Below are positions 26,191 to 39,858 of a stretch of DNA of 64,000 nt, in pieces. Location: positions 4,885,079 through 4,949,078 of the forward strand of contig OZ316898.1 in assembly GCA_973895155.1 (NCBI GenBank), written 5' to 3'. This DNA is from Marsupella aquatica. Taxonomy: Eukaryota > Plantae > Marchantiophyta. Each line of letters opens with the position of its first letter. Within the stretch, counting starts at the first letter, position 1. The notes below the pieces were generated by a model. That model made no database searches. It was not told the origin of the DNA and worked only from the letters and a program-made list of their open reading frames with translations. The position numbers and the translations under genes are program-made.

Positions 26191-27751
26191 ATGCACGACT
26201 TCTGCTTCACGATCCCGTATGGGTTTGTAGTCGTCTTGGGAGGAATGTTTGGGTATCTACGGAAGCGGAGCACCATGTCACTGCTTGGCGGAACCGGGAG
26301 TGGTCTTTTACTTCTTCTGGCTGGCTACCAGAGCTTGCAAGCCTACGACAAGGGCACGAACAGTTGGGTAGCTCTTATTCTCGAAACTGGTAATCATGAG
26401 AACTGACCTCCTTCTCCTCCTCCTTCTACTCCTGCTCATTTTCCTCCAACTCTTCGAGCTGGGTTCGATCTTCTCGAAGCATCGTATGACTTCCTGTTCG
26501 TAGTTTCATATCGCCATTGTGTGCAGTGGATGCTCAGCTCGAGCAGATGTCACTATGCGTATCTGCATCTGTGGATTTTGAGCCTTTGTCTATCCCTTTT
26601 CGGAGGATTGGATCACCTTGTTGTTGTCACTCGGTGTTGAGCATTGTCTTCGTATTCGGTGTTGGTCCCATTTTGCACCTAGTTTGAAATTTTACGTATA
26701 AATCAGTTATTTGGTAGCCATCCTACAGCTACTCTCTGCTAAGGATTAGAAAAGCATTGCTGCCCCTGGACTCTTGACGTGCCTGAACATAGGCTGGAGA
26801 GCTCTTCTTGTCAATGCGTGTGGTTGTCCCAACTCTGAGATCAATGTGGTCAAGTACGGTCTGTGAGGTTGAGCCTTCTTCTGTGAGCATAGTCTACATC
26901 ATTTCCACATCTCTTCCTTACCATTCTTATGTTCCATCATTTCCACATCTCTTCCTGTGTGGCCTTGTCTGTTTCATCACTAAAGTTGGGAGAAAAATAA
27001 TTTCTTCTCGTGTGATCTCTTTTAGTGATGAATGCGATTTTTTGACGCCTGCTATGAACTCCCTCTGCCTCGTCTCCATCCGGAATCCTCTCTACTACTT
27101 CAGGCAACCGGGAGTGGGGCTCTTTTGCTGTTTGTCTCGTTACTACTAGTACCGAATAGTCTTGGCTCGATATATTTACTCCACATGGTTTGAAGAAGAC
27201 TTCTAGGTTGCGTATTGTTAAGCTCTTTCAGAAAAGCTCATAGTACGGGTTTCGATGCAGTGGTGTCACTTGTCTTGACGGTCGTAATGGGGCAGCGGTA
27301 TCTGTTGACTGGCAAATTTATGCCTGCTGGCATGGTACTCGCATTGGGGTAAGATTCGGTTAAAAACCTTGGTGTCCGCTTGAACGCTTTTGAATCTCTA
27401 CTCGTTCAAGAATATCATGTAGCATCATAAGCCTGTCTTGAAGTTCTCTCAAAAGGAAAGTAGTACCTGCACTCCCATTGATGATTTCTAGGTGTTGATT
27501 ATCTTGAGACTTGAAATTTCCAACAATGTGTACCATTCACCTTTCATGTTGTTAAGGGGAAATTTGTGAAAATATCTGGATGATGAACTGCATATCTTTA
27601 CAGCTTTTACTCGGTTTCTGTACGAGATTTTGTTTGAACCAGGCAGTGAATTGAAGCCATTACACTTGCTGTTTGCAGGGGGGTTATGACTCTCTTTTAC
27701 TTTTACAAGCTTGCCACTGGTGGCAACAAAATTACGAAGAAAGCCACATAG
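26191..27751 (+). CDS. FAX5: TMEM14 family / FATTY ACID EXPORT 5/6-like membrane protein, 3 exons, 119 aa
   Basis: Exons 26191-26389, 27261-27348, 27679-27751. MHDFCFTIPYG N-terminus, MGQRYLLTGKFMPAG, FYFYKLATGGNKITKKAT*. Length and motifs match Arabidopsis FAX5/FAX6 as recalled; the paralogue cannot be resolved. Confidence 0.9.
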
Positions 27752-28109
27752 AATTACGAGTGGCTAGAGTGGCGAGTACTCCATTTTTGGATCGCTGGAG
27801 CACATATGCTTATCATTTCATACAGACTTCCTGAGGAGGCTTGCAGGAAGATAAACTGCATACTTTTACAAGTTTTACTCAGTTTCTGTACGAGATTTTG
27901 TTTGAACCTGAGTGAATTGAAGCCATTACACTGGCTGTTTGCAGGGGGGTTATGACTCTCTATTCTTTTACAAGCTTGCCACTGGCAGCAACAAAATGAC
28001 GAAGAAATCCACATAGGGTTACGAGCGCCTAAAGTGGCGAGTACTCCATTTTGGATCGCTGGCGCACATATGCGTATCATTGCTTACAGATTTCCTGAGG
28101 AGGCTTGCA
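27578..28109 (+). repeat. About 266-bp tandem duplication containing the FAX terminal exon, its acceptor and part of the 3' UTR
   Basis: Copy 1 27578-27845, copy 2 27846-28109. Both contain GTTTGCAG|GGGGGTTATGACTCTC; copy 2 has a 1-nt deletion. Confidence 0.93.
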
Positions 28110-28949
28110 CAGCGCAGCAACCTCCAGTTTCAGGGTGGAGAGTAATATGGCTGTTCCGCTAAATCAAAAGAGCTCGTTGCTTTTTGGAACAGATTGTCTG
28201 ACGAAAAACGCTCGACCCAATTCGTTAGTGATTTTGAATTGGTCAAAACTCTGATAAATACTGTTGATCATTAGGGTCATTGTACATTTCTGACTCATGA
28301 TGCATTAGTCACAGTTGTCTTTGAAAATAATGCCAGCTGGTGATCGGCCGTGAATCTGGATTCCTGTTTGAAGCAAACGTTGCTTGCTTCTTCACATTAA
28401 GGTATCCTTTCTAGCCTCAGCCTGCTGGGATAGTTGCGCCCATCATCTGGCTCCTTCTATCACCCTTTGTATGACTTCTGTTACCTTGTTAAGCTGGCTC
28501 TGTAACTGAAAACGACTTAGACAACTGCTACAACCAGGCCTATTACAAGTCATTCCAGTGTGATCTCCTTGGGTGGTTGCACAGCTTGTTTCCTCTTGAC
28601 TCTGAACTCAAATCGACCTTTTTGTGAAGATCTCCCCTTTACAATTCACCAAATATGTAGAACTGTGAACAGTAACATCGTCAGGAAAGTCTCTTCAGGA
28701 AATCTGGGATGTGTGTACTGTAAATCTAGTTGTCCAATTTGGGAACTTACCATATGTGCAGTCAGGCAACATAGTACCACCATGAGCACCACCTCCACGG
28801 CAAACAGACTGCAATGCTCACAAGATTGTTCCAACCTGAGTCCAACGCAAGTCCTATTGTCCTGTTCTAACTTGTTCTGGAGACTACTCAGGTTCTTGTC
28901 TCAGTGTGTTATTATATACGTCTCAACTGTGACGGTGTTCCCCTTTATC

Positions 28950-29174
28950 CCTGAAACGACCACTGTCCCAGAAGTTCTGGAGGAAAAGATATTCCCATTT
29001 TTGATGTTGTTAAGAACACTAGTGATTACTCATGCAACACTAATGATAACTTATGGTGACCTGGATCCACCAATTCCTGAAACCAACACTGTCCCAGAAG
29101 ACGTGGGAGGAAAAGATATTCACTTTTGATGTTAAGAATGCCTATTGACTACTTATGGAGACCTGGATCCACCA
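28950..29174. repeat. Two-copy tandem duplication, about 100-125 bp
   Basis: CCTGAAAC..CACTGTCCCAGAAG..GGAGGAAAAGATATTC..ACTTATGG(T/A)GACCTGGATCCACCA occurs twice. Confidence 0.8.
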
Positions 29175-31162
29175 TGTTTTAAAAATGGATTAAATATGCA
29201 GTGGCAGGTTTAGGAAAGTGAAGCCAGGATGGACTTCCATGTTGGACACACTGCTCCCTTGTACCACATTTTGGTGGTTCATGAGAGTTTGGGGTTCATA
29301 ATTTGATGGTTATGAGTCTTTAGATAATTTTAATTTTAGTTGTACATATGGCATGGTACAAAGTGTTCAAAATGAAGAAAAAAAAACCCATGGCATGATA
29401 TAAAGTGCTTAAAATGAAAATCAAAGTAGGATAGCGTAACAATATACCCTCAAACAAAACAAAAAACTTATCCTGAGGTTTCTGGTCCAGTCTACGTTAA
29501 GAAGCAATATTATTCCTTCCCTAGGGTGCAAGGTAGTCTTCTCTCTCCCCCAAATCATATGTTGTCCTGGGAGGAGCCATTGCAGGAGCCTCAGTAATAC
29601 GTTCTATTAGATTTCCTTCATTCCCTTTTGGTATACATGATTCAATTCCCCGTGTCAAAGACACTCATCCATTAGGATAAAGATATTGTCGGAAAATGGA
29701 GTGATAGAAGGCAGAGGCTATGGTTGACAAGCTATTGCCTTCGTTCTGTACATCTCGTCAATCTAGTATTTTGCTTGGAAGAGTTACACTATATTAAAAC
29801 AATATAATACAGGTAGAAAACACTCCAGAACAAATATGTTTGAGATACTTTCAATTCCCATCTGTGCTGATTTGACATTCGCGTCATCAGCTCTTACAAT
29901 TGGCAAAATACTCAAAACACACGTTGCCCCATTCACTGTTCAAGTAAAGTTCCAATTGTCATCTCAATTAATAGCACATCGATGCAGCGGCTGAAGAGTG
30001 CAGCATCCTCGATGCACGACACTCCATACTCCTTCCTACCAATCAATGGAATGCAATGTCACTGTTGCTTTGGACTTCTAGGTCACGGCCAACACCAACT
30101 GAGCGTAGTGGTAAACATGTTAATGGAGAAATATCGGCTTCAACTTCTCTCCATGGCAACCAGCTCCACCGTGCAATGGAAAAAAGCAGTGTGAATGTTA
30201 CTTATCATTCTTCTTGAAGGCAACTGCACTTAGTATCCTTTAGAGTAATACCAAGATTTTGTAATGAATGACTGTACAAAGGTGATGACTCTACAAAGTT
30301 GATAAATCTCCTGAATTCGAAACTCCAATGACTTTCTGATACTTAGTCGCCTGCCTTGACAAAAGTCAGCTTCCTGCACACTTGGTTCCAGTAGAATTTG
30401 GCACAATTTGAGGAATCTATCTGCGAAGGTCCTGCGTTGGTAGACAACCATGTCCTTACCGTGAATATCATCATGCCTTGTTGGACTGAAATCAGCCATG
30501 GAAAGGACGGATTCACATCTGCAACCAACACTAGTACAGGGATTTAGTAAAGCTATCTCGGAAAACCTCACATTTATGAAAGCCCCAGAAGATCAGATCA
30601 AGGGATCAATTATCCTCCCGTCAACATCCACTTGCCACCATACGGCTTATTTAATTCTTTCTTCATTCACTATTGCCAATCTTACATCCCCTCGAATAAA
30701 TTGTGTATTTGTGAACTAAGATAACTTCAGTCATTCATTTCTTAAAGAGCTTTACATTCGGTACTTACTATTGTAGTCTTCTTAGACACCTCAAACGGTA
30801 ACACCAAAGAGAATTTTTGAAAAAAAGTCTATGTCACTGGAACAGCCTTACCGAGTCTTTGAGAACAGACGACTTTGCACGAAAATTTAGGATGCCAAAG
30901 ATGTACGTACTTCCAGGAGGAGAGAATAGTTGAGCCAGGATGAGAACCTCCGAGAGCCTTTCGGAAAGGCCTCAACACTCGAAGCCCAAGCTACTGTGAT
31001 ACCATTCATAAAAGTACGAGGGCACATTATCACCAAGGAGTTTGTGTACTGGATGTCAAATATGATATTTTGTTATCTGCGATTCAACAGCCTTCCAAAA
31101 GAAATTCTATGAGGTTCTCCATGAGAGAGAAACAACTTACAGGGGATCACAACCGCTTCCAA

Positions 31163-34100
31163 TCAAGAACGTTGTGGGGACGACACCGATTTCCGCAGTG
31201 AACTGGTCCCTTCCTTTTGCTGGAGTTTCCTTTTGGGTTTTGACACCTGCACGAAGAAATTGTATTACCTCAAGACATTACCAAACAAGTGGCCCTTGAC
31301 GTCCGTGCAGTGGTACTAGAACTCATAGTTCAGTCATTGCACAATCCTCTGGTAAGCCTAACTGTATCTAAAAAATACACTCATATAGTGCCTCTCCTAA
31401 CCTTTCAATATAACCCTTGTAGCCCTTGTCTCAGACCTTCAAGAGCAAGGACGATCCATCGCAAATAGATTTCCCTCAAGATGTAATGCAGTAAAAACAC
31501 ATCTGGACAGAATGGAAAGACAACATCAAAGACATTATATCCGTACCTTATCAGTAGGGTTTGACTCCGCCGCAGAAGGTGAAGTATGATTGGAACTAGA
31601 TGTGCCTGAGGAAGTAGTCTTCTGTCTGGCTAAATTGATCACCGAGGCAATCTCTTCTCGCATAATTTTTAACTTAGTATCTTTGGACCCTAACTCTGCT
31701 TTCAAGTCCTTCATCTGAAGCTTTATTTTGCGCAATTCCTGAAAACATAAAAGCAGGAGTACATACTTGATAAATATCATGACCTTCCTCTTCATCTCAA
31801 GAAGAGGAACCAGAAGGGGAAAGCCAGACAAAAACAATCTGTCACTATCATCGAACATAGTCCACCTTGAATAAGACAATACTGGTCATCGACTGTAGTG
31901 CTGTTATATTAAGATGTACATTTCCAATCTCTGCTGTAATATAGGGATGACCACATCAGAGCAGATATTGTTTCGTAATCAATATACCTCTCTGTCGCGT
32001 GCTGCATGGTTGAGGATACCTATACTGAGGTCCACTTGCTCCTTCATTAGATGTACTGACTTGTCTCGCGCCTCAACTCCCTTTCGTAGATGCTGGACTT
32101 CCAACTTGGCATCCCGCAACATCTTCTCCATTTGCTTTAGATCGGATTGAAGTATATGGCAGAGACAACGCACATGAACAACTACCGTAAGTCATTGCCA
32201 GCTCAGTTTCTCCTTGAGAGCACACATGATCAAGACCTGTAATTAGGATATGCATGAAGTGATAGATACTTCACAAAGATAACGCATTGCATTTCTCACC
32301 TGTTCTGCGTGCAAGCTCCTCTCGTTTTTCAGAAGTTCTGTTGTAAGTTCCTTGACTAGGTTGTTAGCACTTTCCAATGAATGTGCGAGTTGTACTTCTC
32401 TCTGTCTTGCCGCATCAAGATCCTAATAGAGTTGCAAACCACTGGTTAAACAAACAGCAAGGAAACAGGGAAATATGGAGATATCAACGCCATAAAACTA
32501 ACTTAATTGAGGAGGCAATACACTGGATCTGGAACTTAAAAGTTATACCAATTGTACATCGATCAACAAAGATTCAAACGAATGCGGTAGTTTCCGATAT
32601 ATTTTGAGTTTGTAGATTGTGTACGAGTTATCTAGTTTTCACTTTTAGAATTGGTATTCAAAATAGACATCTTAAACCCCGTTAATGCTTGATTCTTAGT
32701 CACAATCCAGCCATTGAGGAAGTGTTACCTGCTTGATCTGTGCTGCAACTGTCAAGGCCTCTATTCTTCGTTTGATTTCTCCTTTGATCTCTAGCAAAAG
32801 AGAATCTCTTGACCTCAGCTCCTGCTCAAACACTTTCACCTGTGCACTGAGGTAATCAGCTTTCCTTCCTGTCGAAGCCAAGGCCTGCAACAGAGTCGAC
32901 AGTGACCCAATCAATAAATTTTTAAAGTCGAATGATCCCCACTTAAAAACACTGGACGGTGGTTTCAGCTTGCTTTCTTCTGGAATTTAAGTTAATTGGC
33001 AACTTAGGACCTCAAAGTCCCCCACCAAGAAACTTCAATCTAACTACGACCGGTAACCTTGCATCCATCGAGGTGAGTGCTCTTTACAGTATTCACGTCC
33101 AAGAGCATAGTGAGCACATCCAACCTCTTTCACCCACATTATAAAAACTGAAGAGGATGAAATTTAATCCAGCAATAAAAGAGTTCAGGTTAAATGCAAA
33201 GTCGTTCTATTTTTACTTTTCATGGCGGTAAACGAATATTACGTTTAAGTATGTTCCTATCCAAAAATTCAAAATTGATGGAAAATGACTTGGTCGCCGG
33301 CATTGACAAGGCTTTGGCAACAGAGAAATCTACAGCCACAGGCCATCTTAAGAGTCCTGACTCATAATTGTTGTCGACAGAAAACCAGAAAAATAATTCC
33401 CTTTGCTAACAGAACAAACATCGGTCCACGGGAAGTTTCTTTTAGGCGGCTCGGATTTACACGTAATTGATCAAGGGAACAGAGTAAATTCTCATGTCCT
33501 GATGTCCAGAACCAACAATACAGATTTCTAATGTCAAAAGACTAGGTGCCATCGATAGAAGAGATCTCATGATACCAAGAGGGCACGACTAATCGAATTC
33601 AAATTGATCACAAAGCTGTAAATTCTCTTGGGTGGGTCTCGTTAAGATTAAGCCCAAAGTCCTGATAGACAGACCTTCAACGTACAAATTTCTGACGTAA
33701 GCTCTGAAATTTTGTTTTCTGCAACCCTTGCAGCTTCCTCAAGTGAATCGGCTGTTTTCATGGCAGCAGCTACCTTGTTCCTCTCTTCCCCTAACGCCTC
33801 TTCCCCTGTTTGCACTCGCTTCTCCAAAGTCATTATCCTCCGTTCTGCTTCTGAGAGAGACTTCACAATGCATCGAGGAAGCTGTTAATTCACCTCACCA
33901 ACACCATCCTTCCTGCACCTCAGTCTTTGCACATGAATACAATGAATACTATGAACGAGCTATACCCTTAAGTACCAAAATTATAGAGGGATTCTCCACC
34001 AAAGGGTTACATGGAAAGCAGTTGAGTGATTTCAGAGAAACAGATGGTTGAAATCTACCTGGGGAGCACTTTGAAGGGACTCAGACGAAACGGGTGCCTC

Positions 34101-37100
34101 TTTCTGTATCAGCCTCAATTGAGCATCCCGAGAAGCCATGTCGTCCCTCACCCGACCAACTTGAGTCTTCAACTGAAAGACCATCCGTTGTGCTACTAGA
34201 AGGGCCTGCATTGTAAAAGGAGACTATTCACGAAACGATTCCATCGACATAAATAGTTTCCATTTAATGGTTATATTGTAAATTTCAAAGTTAGTTATAA
34301 AGCGATGTCAACTCAAGACAAAATCGAACCAGGCAAGGACATAACATCATCAGCAAGGACAACCCTGTAGTCCCCAACCCGGCGAAGTAGACCCAGACTA
34401 CTGCTGATTGCTTATATAGATCCAGATGAGAAGGGCCAGGTCAGAGTCATCCACGGTAGTCCGAAGCTGACCTCTTGGCTCCTTCTATGTTCGTCCTCAT
34501 GCATAGAAGATTGATTCATGAGGTTCTCTGACAAGGCCAGTAGTTCTGCCTCTCCGGCATTCAGTTCAATTTCGGACTCTGGAAAATTTGCCACAATTCC
34601 TTGCAGTGCCTTCAGTCTCTGCACAGAAGCATATAGGATAAGTACTATCCCAAACTACTCCGACTATGCAAGGTAACCAGAGAATCGTTTCTCACGCTTA
34701 CTGAACCAATACGTAATAGAATTTTCGTCCTAAACTTGTGAATAATCTGGCAAGCGATTTCCAGGTTAAGGGTTATCTCTTGCCATCTTATTCACATATT
34801 TGACTGCTGAGAGTCATAAAATACACGACATGCTTTCGGGAAAACATTTGGATGAAAATTCTCATTAGCTTTCTCGCAAGCTTTCAACTGACCCTAGCCA
34901 GAAGCTGTTGGAGTCTAATCCAGGCCAGCTTCCCTTGAACAACCATCATCAATCCAATCTTCTGCTGGATCTTGCTCAAGTTTTCAACGAACTCGTAGAA
35001 AGCATTATCTTCTCTAGAAACCCAGATAGGCCTTTCGGTCGCTGGTCGCTGATTCGACCACTGAGCCCCCATATTGGAGACTTGTTCACTCATCTTGACA
35101 CCCAAAAGGGGTTCCTGCCAAGAGGGTTGCCATTTGTCTTCATGAGAAAGAGTAATGAATGTACTTTACAGTCCACAGTGCCCCGGAGGGGATAGGAACA
35201 AAGAGTACAAAGTGTCAGCAGGCAACAAAAGAGAGTCACAAGGTTGCGACTACAACTACATCAAAGCATGGCTAAACCCGTCGCTCTTGCATACAAAAAG
35301 AGATTCCTAAGCCCCAACCCAGAAACGAAATGCTAGTTTCCACTGGCCTAACTTATTGGAACCCGATCCATAAAGCGTTTCAAAAGTAAAGGCGCTAATC
35401 GGGACAGCTGGCTCTTTACATTTGAAAACAGTACAACAGCACTGACTGAATGCCCCCCGGTACAAACCTCACCTCCATCCAGCTTCACATAATTGAAGGA
35501 ACATTTCACCAACAAGGGTCCAAGCATAGCGAGGACAAGATGTAGTACGTCACAGTTGCTTTTCCTACTGTTTTATTTCATGACCCCTTTAAACATGCAG
35601 TGCAAGACTCTAATATGGTTCCTGAGTTCTTCTGTAACGACCAATTATTCCCCAGTTTCGGTTCACAAGTCAACCAGGTGACTAGGAGGACCCAGAAAGA
35701 GCGGGTCAGGAATTATATTCCTAATGTTCGTCACACAACTAACACTGCTTGCATCGAATCAAATACATTCAGATCCTAGATCATCATTACCAACCTCTTG
35801 CCTTCGTCGTCCTTCCTCAAAGGTGAAGATTAGCTTCTTGTCTTCAATATCGTTCCTATCTTTCAATGATCCGCTCTCACGAGTGACTTTTTCAATTTTT
35901 GAGCCAGCCTCCCAAACAAAAGAGTCCAACTTTTCCTCCCCAGCTTTAGAAAATTCCTGCACACACGCATTTGCCATTATGAAACCCAATTTTTAGTGGT
36001 TGCCAAATTCAAGAGAAGTTAAACAAAATTGTTGTGACTGAAAAACAGATTCGTCACCAATTAACTTCATAGCAACGTGACCATTCCCACCACGTCTCGT
36101 TCCAGCCTAAAACGTAGGGCCAAACATTGTAACTTCTAAAGATATCCAACATTCCGAAAATTCATCATGGCTACTACAGCCACGAAAAACAGAGCAGAAA
36201 ATAAGTATAATCGGGCGCGTTGATTGTGAGAGGTGCTTAGTTTAAAACAAGAGACACCAGGACGTCACACCATACAACATAGCTCACAGATCTTCGTACC
36301 ACAGTAGATAATTGAAGAAAAACCCTTAAATGTACGCAATAGAGCGAACGTCGTTCCTACTTCAGTGCAAAACTAAGGGTGAGAATGCGTCATAGATTTT
36401 GCCACCAACCTTATCGCGTTCGAGGATATTCTCTTGAAAATTGCGGCCACTCCCAGATTCTGCGTCTGCTGACAAGTCCGACAGCTCATAAGAACTGATC
36501 TCCTCACTCTCAGCAGCTATTGTCACCTTGTTTTCTGTGATAGTATTTGCCGGGCCCTTCGTTGAAACATCCTTCAGTTTTATTGAATCAGACCTCTCAG
36601 CGACTCCGACAGTTAGTTTCCTGTGGGCCCAAAATGTCAACATCAAAACACGACGGGAGTAGACCTATACGCAGAACACAGAAAATTGACAGTAATGCAG
36701 ACCAGCCCAGTAGCAAAGCAATCCAGATGGGCCTGCTTCTCTATCGGCGACAGGCGAAATTAGGTCCAATGCAGATTCAAAGACTTAGGCAGTCGCTTCT
36801 TGAGACGGAAACCATAGAAAGCAACTAACATGCTATGCACCCATTGGCTTTCAGCTCGTCAGTTTTCAAGTGAAGGAGTCCATTCTACGTGGACAACTCC
36901 ACCACAATCTCGCGAGAAATACACAAGACCTGAATTCTACCTCTGAAGCTTCCAATGCGTGTCATTGTGTCTACATTCAGGACACTGTTCACAGCCTTAA
37001 AAAAAACACTAGAAAGACCAATTACTATGGTACAGTACTCACGGCCTAACACAAATTACAGACAGGCAGCAACAAAGATATCTTTACATTAGAACAAACC

Positions 37101-37387
37101 CTAGACTCCATCAGACAAAATCGCCACACAATCCAGATCAAGCATTACTGTCACGCAGACCACAGAACAGCTTCTCATGAATGCCCAATTCTATTACAAT
37201 AAATACGAAGACCGGCAACCCAGCTAAAAATTAGGAAAAAGGGGGGAACGCACCGCACAGCCCTCGAATTCCTCAGAGAGCGATCGCTGTGGCCTCCCAT
37301 AGAGATCAACACCTGGGTTGGAGCCGACTGCCACGCAGCAACGGATCTGAGAACAGCACCGCTGATCGTAGCTGAAATCGCGGCCAT
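31163..37387 (-). CDS. Unidentified long coiled-coil protein with a transit-peptide-like N-terminus, about 12 exons, about 636 aa
   Basis: Exons (minus): 37387-37254, 36620-36410, 35956-35795, 35114-34893, 34618-34472, 34205-34059, 33860 (or 33881)-33675, 32884-32729, 32422-32300, 32134-31988, 31738-31547, 31246-31163. All GT-AG, with the frame open across every junction. Starts MAAISATISGAVLRSVAAWQS (Ala/Ser-rich, no acidic residues); E/K/L/Q heptad-rich body. The acceptors of exons 7 and 10 are less certain. Confidence 0.75.
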
Positions 37388-37622
37388 CTCCAACAAGTAC
37401 AGCAACAGCTGCGACAAAATGGAGAGAAGAAATCTTCTGCTCTGCTCTGTTCTTCTTGGCCGAAAGCAAAGCCTCGTCGCTCGGCTGAGGCACGCTAAAC
37501 CTCAGCCAGGATGTTCTTCATCAGCAAACCGAGGTGGGTGTTTTCTCTGCTGCTGCGATACTCTATACCATGGACGAAGAGCGAACTGGCAGTGGTAGAT
37601 TAGTGACGCGAGGGCTGAAAAT

Positions 37623-37735
37623 GTACACTGATTTCAAGATGTCTCTCTTCGTACTTTATCGAAGAGAATGTTTGTCTTCGTGTACTTTATGTCGTGTACT
37701 TTACAGAAGATAGTGTTTATCTTCGTGTACTTTAT
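37623..37735. promoter_or_regulatory. Cluster of five GTAC cores, four in TCG(TG)TACTTTA repeats, upstream of the coiled-coil gene
   Basis: GTAC at 37623, 37651, 37682, 37696, 37727. GTAC is the SBP/SPL (CuRE) core; function is inferred. Confidence 0.35.
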
Positions 37736-39459
37736 GGCAGAAAATGCCTACCAAAGTCTACCTTGCATAAGTGCATCCTGGATAAGTGCACTCCGTCGTT
37801 AAAGCGCCACTACTGTAGATATCACAAAACCTGGATCCACCAGGTTCACACCATTTTTAGAACTTTTCTCCTGGTGGAGCAATGTCTCACCCTAGAGGAG
37901 AGGAATTTGAAAATAGGAGAAGTGTCCCTCTTGGACACTTCTGCTTTTTTACGTGGCCAGTGGTGGCTTAAGTTTTACATAGCCAATGGTGGTTTAAGTG
38001 AAGGCCAGCATTGTAGCAATTTAGTAGTTAAGTGCAGGTTGCAGTGTGTATAAGTGGATATGTGCATTCTGTGCAAGTGCATTTGGTGATTCTGTGCACA
38101 TGCATTTATCAGTTCATGCAATGCATACATAAGAAGTAATTATTGATCAGTGCATAGGACACATGAAGTAGTTCCCAGGCATGTAGTCATCCAGTTTGAA
38201 TCATGCACTATGCGGGCTTGGGGTATGAGGAGTCCAATGTGTGTGACCTGATAATACATATGAGAAAGTGTACAAGTGATTTCACATGCACTTATTTAAT
38301 ATGAACCCAACCATTCAAGTATGGAGAAGATACTGTAGATGTAGATCGATAAGTGCAAGCTTGGGCATCTTTGCAAGAGCTTGCACTTAGACACAATAGA
38401 CTGTATTGAATAAAGCATGATCAAAAGCTAGGATAAAAGCCTGTTATCAAGAGTGAATCTGGAAAACATCTATAGTTGGGGATGGAACTAGAAACAGGCA
38501 CAGCCACTATTAAAGTGAAAATGGAATGGGCACAATGTTACTCACCATTTATTTATGAGCAAAGCTCAGCCATTCAGGCTGGTCTATACTATGCCTAGTG
38601 CATGGTGGGTAAGGGCATCTCAAACCTTTATTTTTATTGTATATAACTTCTCTCTTAGCCAGAATACTGGTACTTATGCAGAGGAGGGGCTCCCTCCACC
38701 CAGACGGGCACCCAGATTCCCCATGCCCACCACTACTCACAAGCATAGTCTAATCTACATATTCAAAAACAATATACCAAACACATCATGGCCTATGGCA
38801 TCACTCAATGTATTAGGTCATAAACAGGGGACTTTTATTGAAAAGCACTGCATTGCACACACTTGTCATTGCAGTTGTGTTTTTGCTATGGTTGATTGTT
38901 GTTGGGGCCAGGTTGCTGTTGCAAAAGTGTTGTTAGCACAGAAAAGTCTTTGCATTGTGAAAAGTGTTGTCATTGCATAAATCTTGTACAGGTTGTCAAA
39001 TGGTGCGCATGGTTGCATGGTGAAAGTAGGCGTTGTCAAGTTAGGCAGATGACTTCAGCTTGAAAGCAAGGGAGAGAATGTATAATGGGTTCTAAGAGTT
39101 GGGGCAAGAGGTAAGAGCTATGGGAAGAGTTGAAGCGAGAGCTATGGTGAGGGCACATTGGTAAGTGCAGTGCGTTCTTTGAGCAAGAAGAAAAAAAATA
39201 CTTAACCCCCCTTCTTTCTAGCCCTTGGGGCTGGTGATATAAGGCAAACATTTCTGCCCAATGTTTGCTTGTTCAGCAGTCATCAAGACTACACTAGATG
39301 CAAACAGTGAAAAGGTTATTAGTTTTGTTTCTTGCTGGTCTTTTGCCAATTTAGAAGGCAATCTACTCTCAAAATTCCGCCAAGATCTGATAGTCCACTT
39401 GATCATACAAGATCTGGCAGTCTGGATATTAAAGATACAGGTAGAATCATATCATATTA

Positions 39460-39858
39460 TATCTCTACTCTACCGTACTCTATCGCATGCAATCGGTTCC
39501 ATTCGTCTCTTTACAAAAAGCAAGAGCTTAACGGTGGGAACAAAAATTTGGCCATTCAGTTCATGAGATCATTAGTGTGGCCAATCTCTCTACCTCTATC
39601 TCTTCTCTACACCATAGTTTGCAATCGCTTCCATTCTCCTCCTTCGTCTCGATCCTTACAGACAGCAAGAACTTAGCAGTGGGAACAAATTTTGGCCATT
39701 CAGTCCATGAGATCATTAATCTGGCCAACCTCTCTATCTCTATCTCTTTTCTACACTACTATAATATGCAATCGCTTCCATAACCTCATTCGTCGCTTTA
39801 CAGAAAGCAAGAATTTAACAGTGGGAACAAATTTTGGCCAATCAGTTCATGAGATCAA
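39460..39858. repeat. Three-copy tandem repeat, unit about 135-145 bp
   Basis: TGCAATCG(G/C)TTCCAT..AGCAAGA..GTGGGAACAAA.TTTGGCCA.TCAGT.CATGAGATCA repeated three times. Confidence 0.88.

Noticed and set aside
28560-29129. 189-aa ORF
   Set aside because: Non-ATG start, runs into a tandem duplication, no motif recognised.
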